The notes under the pieces were generated by a model, which was given only the letters and a program-made list of their open reading frames with translations, ran no database searches and had not been told where the DNA came from. A program made the translations under genes and the position numbers. From Macrostomum hystrix (lineage: Eukaryota; Animalia; Platyhelminthes): 64,000 nt of DNA. Below are positions 57,527-64,000 of the stretch, in pieces. Location: positions 1,488,001 to 1,552,000 of the forward strand of contig CATNEN010000037.1 in the NCBI GenBank assembly GCA_950097015.1. Direction: 5' to 3'. Position 1 is the first letter of the stretch, and each line of letters begins with the position of its first letter.

Positions 57527-59399
57527 AACCTTTTGTCTTTATAGACGCCGAAACCGCTCAACCAAATCGCACCAAACTTTGCACATACCTAAAACCACCT
57601 ACGCTGAGTGCAATAGGCTACTCAAATTCCCGAAAAATCATTTCCTTCCTGCTCAAAAGTGCAAAAAACTGCTCAAAAATCGTCAAAAAATCACTCAATT
57701 CGACATATCGTCGCCCCACTTTCTCAGATTTTCTCCAAATTTGATCCACTTACACTTTACATGTTTTCCAACAATGCTGTCAATTTTGAACATCTCTACT
57801 CAATCCAGAGCAAAGCTGCATCATCTCAAAGTGAGTCACTTTTTGTTTTCCGAGGACAGCCACCCCAACTCCCCTCCGCCACTCTGCGGGCCAAATTTTA
57901 TTACAGCCACCCCCTCCCTTCCCCGGGCGCCGAAGCCCCAGACTGTACATTGTATTTCAAGCCGTGAATGTACACAGCCCAAACCCCAAGACTGTCTACT
58001 GGCCCCCAAGCAGCACTGAGACTGAGTGCGGTGAGTGCGGTGGCGTCCCAGTGCGCAGGGCTCTCCGGTCGATATTTCTCTCCAGCCAGCCTGGGATAGA
58101 AGAAAGAGAGAGGCTGGCGTTGACTGGCTGTCAGAGAGGGCAATTCTGTGTCCTAGAAATGATGCCGCCAACGAAATTAACTACCAACTCCTTCAGGAGT
58201 TGCCAGGTGCAGTTTTCACCTACAAGTCAATTGATACAACGTTGACTGATGACACCGCTGTGGAGTATCCTGTTGAGTTTCTGAACTCTCTAGATCCTCC
58301 TGGAACTCCATCGCACAACTTGCAGCTGAAAGTTGGGGCACCAATTATGCTCCTCCGCAACCTGAATGCGCCAAGGCTGTGTAACGGCACCAGACTGATA
58401 GTCAGGCGGCTCTTCCCACACGTGATTGAGGCCACGATAATGACTGGATCTGGCAGAGGAGAGTCTGTGTTCGTTCCCCGGATTCCAATTATCCCCACGG
58501 ACCTGCCATTTCAGTTCAAGCGACTGCAGTTCCCTGTGAGAGTGTGCTTTGCGATGACTATTAACAAGGCTCAGGGACAGTCGCTGAAGGTAGCTGGCAT
58601 CAACCTGGAGACTCCTTGCTTCTCGCATGGGCAGCTTTATGTCGCCTGCTCCCGTGTTGGAACTCCAGCTGGCCTATTCATTTTCGCACCAAGGGGAAGA
58701 ACGAAGAATGTGGTGTATCCCCAGGCCTTGAGGTGACTCGCAAGCAATTAATAGAAAAGTAGTCACGAATTGACCTTGACCTGTCTAACTCTGAACTCTG
58801 AAACAGTTTAATTTTGTTTCTTTGACATTGTTATTGTTATGCCATGGCTATTTTCCTTATGTATACGCGTGTACATGCATACTGTATACAGAGGCAGATT
58901 TAGGGGGGGGGGCGGGGGGGCAGTCGCCCCCATAAATTTTAATCATGGGAATAAGATGCCCCCACCAGGGGTGCCAGTCGCAGCACTGGCGCCCCTTTTC
59001 GGCCGCTGGCGCCCCTTTTTCAGCCGCTGGCTCCCGTTTTTCAGCCGCTGGCGCCCTTTCTTGGCTCCTGGCGCCCTTTTTCGGCCGCTGGCACCCCCTC
59101 TGTGATTCTCATGGCGCTCCCCTGACAGACCGCCCCAAAACAAAATTCCTGGATCTGCCACTGACTGTATAGAGGAGTGGCTAAGAGACATGTTTCTAAA
59201 GAAGTAATCAAGAGGGGGCTGTTTGGACAAACTTTTCACATATTTTTTACTTAAAACGCCCTTAAACAAACTCTTCACTTTTCATTAATGCAGTAAATAA
59301 ATAAATGGTGACCTTCACTATAAGTTAATACAGAGACGTGAATTGCTTACTGCTTTGCTTTAAATTTCTGCCCCAAAAGCAACGGGCAAAAAAAGCTAG
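57459..59399 (+). mobile_element. Non-autonomous Helitron retaining the C-terminal part of the PIF1-like helicase (58035-58736)
   Basis: 5' TC ('tctatatatataaa...ctgtctgtctg'), 3' GCCC..GGGC hairpin then CTAG, inserted between A and T with no TSD, absent from copy 1. ORF contains 'RAILCPRN', 'LKVGAPIMLLRNL...LCNGTRL', 'RLQFPVRVCFAMTINKAQGQSL', 'FSHGQLYVACSRV'. Confidence 0.93.
58889..59163. mobile_element. hAT-type MITE nested in the Helitron
   Basis: Imperfect TIR cagaggcagatttagg / cctggatctgccactg; perfect 8-bp TSD actgtata (58881-58888 and 59164-59171). Confidence 0.88.
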
Positions 59400-60373
59400 T
59401 AACTCTATATAACTCTATATAACTCTATATAACTATAAATCTATAAATGACTTTAAAACCTTTTATAATAATTTAATTATAGATAAATTGTTCATACACG
59501 CCTATATTATATACCATGGGTTTTGAAATTTACTGTTATATTCTTTCAGATCAGTTATTGATCAAATTAGGGTTAGGCCAAGACCAAAGGACAGGGCATC
59601 TGTAGAATATGTATGTATTTATAGCTATTTTACTGCATAACTAACTACATACAATTGCAACAAGCCGAAAAGCAAACAACTTTATCACTTTCATTTTTAA
59701 AGTTCAATAGTAAAAGACACATGAAGATTAGTAAAAATGGAGGATATGGTATAGGCAATTCTTTTGTTTTTTTTTAATTTGTTTTTAATTGCGTTTATAC
59801 TTTTTAAGTAATTATAAGAAAAGTATCGGCACTACTGTCTAGAAAATTATATTGATGTTTTCTCAGAACAAACGCGTGATCGCAAAATTAACTCGGCAAA
59901 CAATTAATTTATGCAATAAATAAAATAAAAATAATAAAATAATAATAGGCCTAAACGTTATTGACTTACATGTGCATTTGGCTGGGTGAATAAACAAACG
60001 CGAAATAAGTAATACGAAATAAGAAGAAGAAATAATGTATTACCGTGATCTAAGTAGTCAGGCAATTAGTATATAAAAAAGTTTTTTTACCTTAAGGCAC
60101 TTTCGAATATTTTTGAAAAAGGCAGCGACTAAATTATGAAGTAAAGAAATCGTGTTAAGTCTTTTGTTTGCATCAAGATTTTACTTTTTTGAATGGTCTT
60201 TTATGAGTATTTAATTAGCTCGTATCAACTCCATATTGTTCTTTATAAAAAATATATGCAACTTATGCGTTCGTTCATATCCTTCAGTAAAAAGTACAAG
60301 CATTCAAATTGTAGCGTGAAAACTTTCCCTTTCTTTTCTAATAAGTTACAGTTTTCCCTGTCGCCCACAATAT

Positions 60374-60712
60374 TTACAGCTCCTCTCTGACGTTTATAAT
60401 ATACAATTCGCCCTTATTAGCCTTGCTGCGCACAGTCTCACAGTGAACCTCCCAGTCCAGTTCGTTATGAAATCGTCTCGGGCAGTGCATCATGGTGCAA
60501 GAGTCCAGGCTGCCACCATCGATTGTGCACAGGCAGCTGTTACAACCATCCGGTGAGAAATGATATCCCCCGTGCTTTTTGTCCTCGCAGAACTCGAACG
60601 CGCTGAAACAGGATCCTCGGGTATCGTTGGCCAGCACTTGCTGAGGTAAAAATATCACAATGGCGATTGAAAGCTGCAGCACGATTAGCCAGCACGTATA
60701 TCGATGTGACAT
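60374..60712 (-). CDS. Small Cys-rich pacifastin-like protein, copy 2
   Basis: Identical to copy 1 except one N>I change in the signal region. Confidence 0.65.
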   Translation of the reverse strand: MSHRYTCWLIVLQLSIAIVIFLPQQVLANDTRGSCFSAFEFCEDKKHGGYHFSPDGCNSCLCTIDGGSLDSCTMMHCPRRFHNELDWEVHCETVRSKANKGELYIINVREEL

Positions 60713-61694
60713 CTTTGAAGAATTTACGTTTAGCTTGCTGGATTAGAGATTTGAATGTCAGCTACTGAAGAGCTAGACCTTCTATCGGTATCAATAAAAG
60801 TAATTTATATACTCAGTTCTAATAGTATTCCATGTGGTGTAACACTGATAGTGGAACGTGCCTTATCCACAAATTGTTAGACACCAAAATGTGTTCGGAT
60901 TGTAATTCTCACAATTGCTTTTCCATGTGCACGCGCGAGCCTGGTAGAACCTTGACTGTGCTTTTCTGGATACAGCTGACTTATCAAATAATAGCTATAG
61001 GAGCGGCTTCTAAAACAAAAATATCACAGATCTATAGTCGCTTCACTGCAGTCACGTAGATTAGTAGTCTTGAAAAAGATACAGGGTAAATGTCAAAAAC
61101 AGCATTTTCGAATGGCTTAGCGTTCGAGAATGGTATATTCTTGCTAATATATTCTGATCGCCTGTTTGTTTTTTAATAAAACCTCAATTAACTTTTCGGT
61201 GACAGTGCAGGAATGAAATTTCTGAAATTTGACTGGACTTTTTTACTCGTTTTTACTACAAAAAATACTCGTCTATTTAGCGTGCAAGAATCTCAAATAG
61301 CGTCCGCTAAATCGTACAGGAATGTTGTGCAGTACAGTCTGCGGTAAAACCTCACTCAAAATTTTATAATGCTCAGCGTTCAAGAATGAAACGCACTCTT
61401 ACTTGATTTAGTGTGCGGGAATTTTAGCGACGACTTTGTCGTCATGCTCTGAGCTCTGAAATTGTCAGAGCTCGTGCAGAGCTTCGCGCAACTCCTGTTT
61501 TTGCGATTCTACTCGTCCCGAACTCGTGCAGGAATGTACCAATCAATATTGCTTAAATCATCTAATACTCAAAATAAGTTATCACAGTTTTCGTTAGGAA
61601 CAAAATAATAAGTAAGTGTTCGCACCGGAAAATTAGATTTGTAAAGCTCCAATGCTAAATGCCGGGAGAGCTAGCTGCTGACGACAACAAGCTG

Positions 61695-62485
61695 CTACAG
61701 TCGCATTGTGCACTGAACGAATTCGTCATAGGTAAAATAGCAGGTGCCAGTCTCTTCGTCATTGTGCTGCGCCCGGTCACGCGCTCGAAAAGTCTCCGTA
61801 AAATAGCGCAGGCGCACGGACAGCGCGACAAAGTCGTCGAATGCCAGCAGAGAGCGGCCATCGTTCATGGCTCTTGCGTGACGCTTGAGTAGCGTGGAAA
61901 TCGCCTGAGGCGACAGGATGTAGCGAAATCTTTGCGTGATGAGGTTTTGCAGCTCGTGGGCTTCAATGTATCCACTCCGGTTAAGGTCGAATTCCTGGAA
62001 TGTGCTGTGCCAGTACACAAGGCAGGTCAGAAGCTCGCGAAACTCGTCGTACTGCATGATACCATCTTGCGACCGGTCAAGCATGGCCAGCATGATTCTG
62101 CAGAGCTCCATAGACCAGGTGACACCGTAGTAGCTGCGAATGTTTGGGTGCTCGTTCAGGATGCGGCAGAGCTCGTGAGCCTGGATACCGCCCAGTGTTG
62201 GCGAGGCGTAGCTGTTGAACATTCCTGCGAACTCGTTTTCGTTTTTGAACTGAAAACTCTGAAAAAATAGCGTAGAGAAACACAGGTTAGGCAAGCTAAT
62301 TTAGGTTTACATTTAAACGCAATCGAATGAAACTCTCGCTCACCTGCCATGGGTTCACATGCTCGTAGACATTCTGCGCCATATTCTCTCCATAGCTACC
62401 GTAGAACTGGCTGTTCTGATGACTCGTCATCTGCTGCCTGTAGAACTGTTTACCCAGCTAGCTGCTGTGCTACGAAGCGCCTCAT
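61695..62485 (-). pseudogene. Penta-EF-hand gene copy 2, exon 1 disrupted by a 4-bp duplication
   Basis: Exon 1 is 142 nt (62344-62485) versus 138 nt in copy 1. The extra AGCT gives ATG...CAG CTA GCT GGG TAA. Exon 2 is intact and a downstream in-frame ATG (MTSHQ) exists. Confidence 0.7.
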
Positions 62486-62771
62486 GCTGATCGGATGATG
62501 GAATGATCTGATCCTTAACACAGAAGACAACTTATCCATAAGGGAAACAAAGAAATGATACTTAACCCAGTTGGGCCAGCAGCCAACGCTTTAAATAAAG
62601 GCTTTGTTCAACTGTTCAGTCCATGAACTGGAGAGGCCGCCACCCAAAATTTCCCTGCAAAATGTTATTTCAGCTCTTCAAGAAACTAACCTTGTATACT
62701 TGTAATCCGCGTCAGTTGAGTCTTCAGAACTTAGAACTTTTGTTGGTGCTTCAGAACTACTTAATGGTAGA

Positions 62772-64000
62772 TTAAGTCTATGGTTTCAGGCTTGGCGAAG
62801 CCACTCGTGACTGTGATCATTATTTAATTCTGAAACCATAGACATAAGCGCATTATCACATAGACTAGCGTTTTCGGTTGATCATTATGTAACGCCATTA
62901 AGCCAAGCCATTAAGTAACGCTGCAGTGTCTTCGTGCCATAGATATTGGCAGTGAGCAGGGTCAAGGGAGCGCAGCTCCCTTGCGGGGGTGTGGGGGCAG
63001 AGCCCCGACTAATCGGACTATAGACAATTTTTAGAATACAGTTCTCTAAAAGAAAAGCTCGACCATAAAGTATGTTAGGAAGTTAAGAACTAGAAGCAAG
63101 AAGCGAGAGAAATCGAATTAAAAATGCCACTTATCAACTGGAAAAATCTACCGGTCGACAGTTAGATGGCGTCTCGTCTACTGAACTAGATTTTCTGAGT
63201 GAACTGAGCGCCATGAACCACAGTTCCGATGAAATTCTTGGAGATTTTATCGACTACCTGTCTAAAATCGAGACGGCTGATGAGGCCGCTGCCGTTTCTA
63301 GTGTCGAGCTTCCAGAACTATCTGATTTACCCAGTGCGATGGATGTTGTCGAACTGGAATCACTGACGAGCACTACACAAGAACACATGTTTCTGTATGG
63401 CAAAATGTTCGTGGAGTTTTTGAAGAAGCATTGTGCTGTGGATGTGAGCGAGATCAGTGACAGTCGCTTGGCCGAATTTCTAAGGTTCTTTTACTTCTGT
63501 CTAAAAAAATCTGACGGCAGTTGCTATTCGCCAGCTACGTTGGTCTGCATTCGTGCTGGAGTGCAGAGGTACTTGACTCTCGTGCTGAAGCGTCGAACAA
63601 ATATTATTTCTAGTGACGAGTTCGACACTGCCAACCGGATGCTGCGAGTAAAGGTGCGGCATTTTCATACTGATGGAGGCACTGTCAATCAGCACGAGCC
63701 AATAGAAGAAGGTGATTTACAGAAAATGCGTGCTTATTTTGACCGTTCTACAGCTGAACGGTTGCAAGATGAAGTACTATTTACGCTGCTGTATGTCCTG
63801 CATGGGCGAGAGAGGTCAAGAACACCTGTCAAGTCTAAAGCAAGTTGGCACGCTCCAAGAAGAAGTCGACGCTGATGGGAATCCATATCTTGCGTTGCCA
63901 CCGTTAAAGACAAAAAACCAGAGTAGCGATCCAACAAAATGCTAAGGAAATCAGCGCAAACAGAGTCGGATCTACGGCGCTCAGCGGGAGTTGATCCTGC
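62772..64000 (+). mobile_element. Crypton-like tyrosine-recombinase element B (degenerate, runs off the window; ATG at 63124)
   Basis: Clearly homologous to element A ('LINWKNLPVDS.DGVSS', 'LRFFYFCLKKSDGSCYSPATLVCIRAGVQRY', 'ANRMLRVKVRHF', 'ERLQDEVLFTLLYVL.GERGQEHL', 'KQSRIYG'). It has a -1 frameshift near 63162, a 4-nt insertion near 63800 and an in-frame TAA near 63943, plus a 14-bp-arm terminal hairpin. Confidence 0.8.

Larger units (their letters stand above)
57368..62775. repeat. Segmental tandem duplication, copy 2 (interrupted by the Helitron)
   Basis: Matches 50841-54235 on both sides of 57459-59399. Confidence 0.92.

Overview
Eukaryotic, gene-dense genomic DNA. Compact GC-rich exons, introns inflated by minisatellites, CORE-SINEs and several conserved genes that begin at a splice acceptor with no ATG of their own point to a spliced-leader (SL) trans-splicing flatworm, most likely Macrostomum (inference). 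Genes I can support: UXT-like prefoldin (+), WASP-like (+), PITPNC1/RdgB-beta (-, with an 8-nt microexon), an orphan 2-TM protein (+), Abitram/FAM206A, a multi-C2H2 zinc-finger gene, class II CPD photolyase, CNOT10, CENP-S, TRMU/MnmA, MCFD2 and a nucleoside hydrolase (all -). A tandemly duplicated ~3.4-kb segment carries a penta-EF-hand gene and a pacifastin-like peptide gene. The right third is a nest of DNA elements: MULE-like and hAT MITEs, a deleted mariner, a Helitron with a nested hAT MITE, and Crypton-like tyrosine-recombinase elements. Most notable: (1) two different Crypton-like elements abut exactly the same TTAA site in the two duplicate copies, and their ends carry long hairpins, GNA mini-hairpins and a repeated CCATAGAC motif; (2) TAGGCCTA, enriched across the window, behaves as a transposon excision footprint; (3) WASP, TRMU, CENP-S and probably photolyase appear to take their start codon from the 3'-terminal AUG of the flatworm SL; (4) the 8-nt microexon. 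All alignments were done by eye and none of the family calls were checked against databases.
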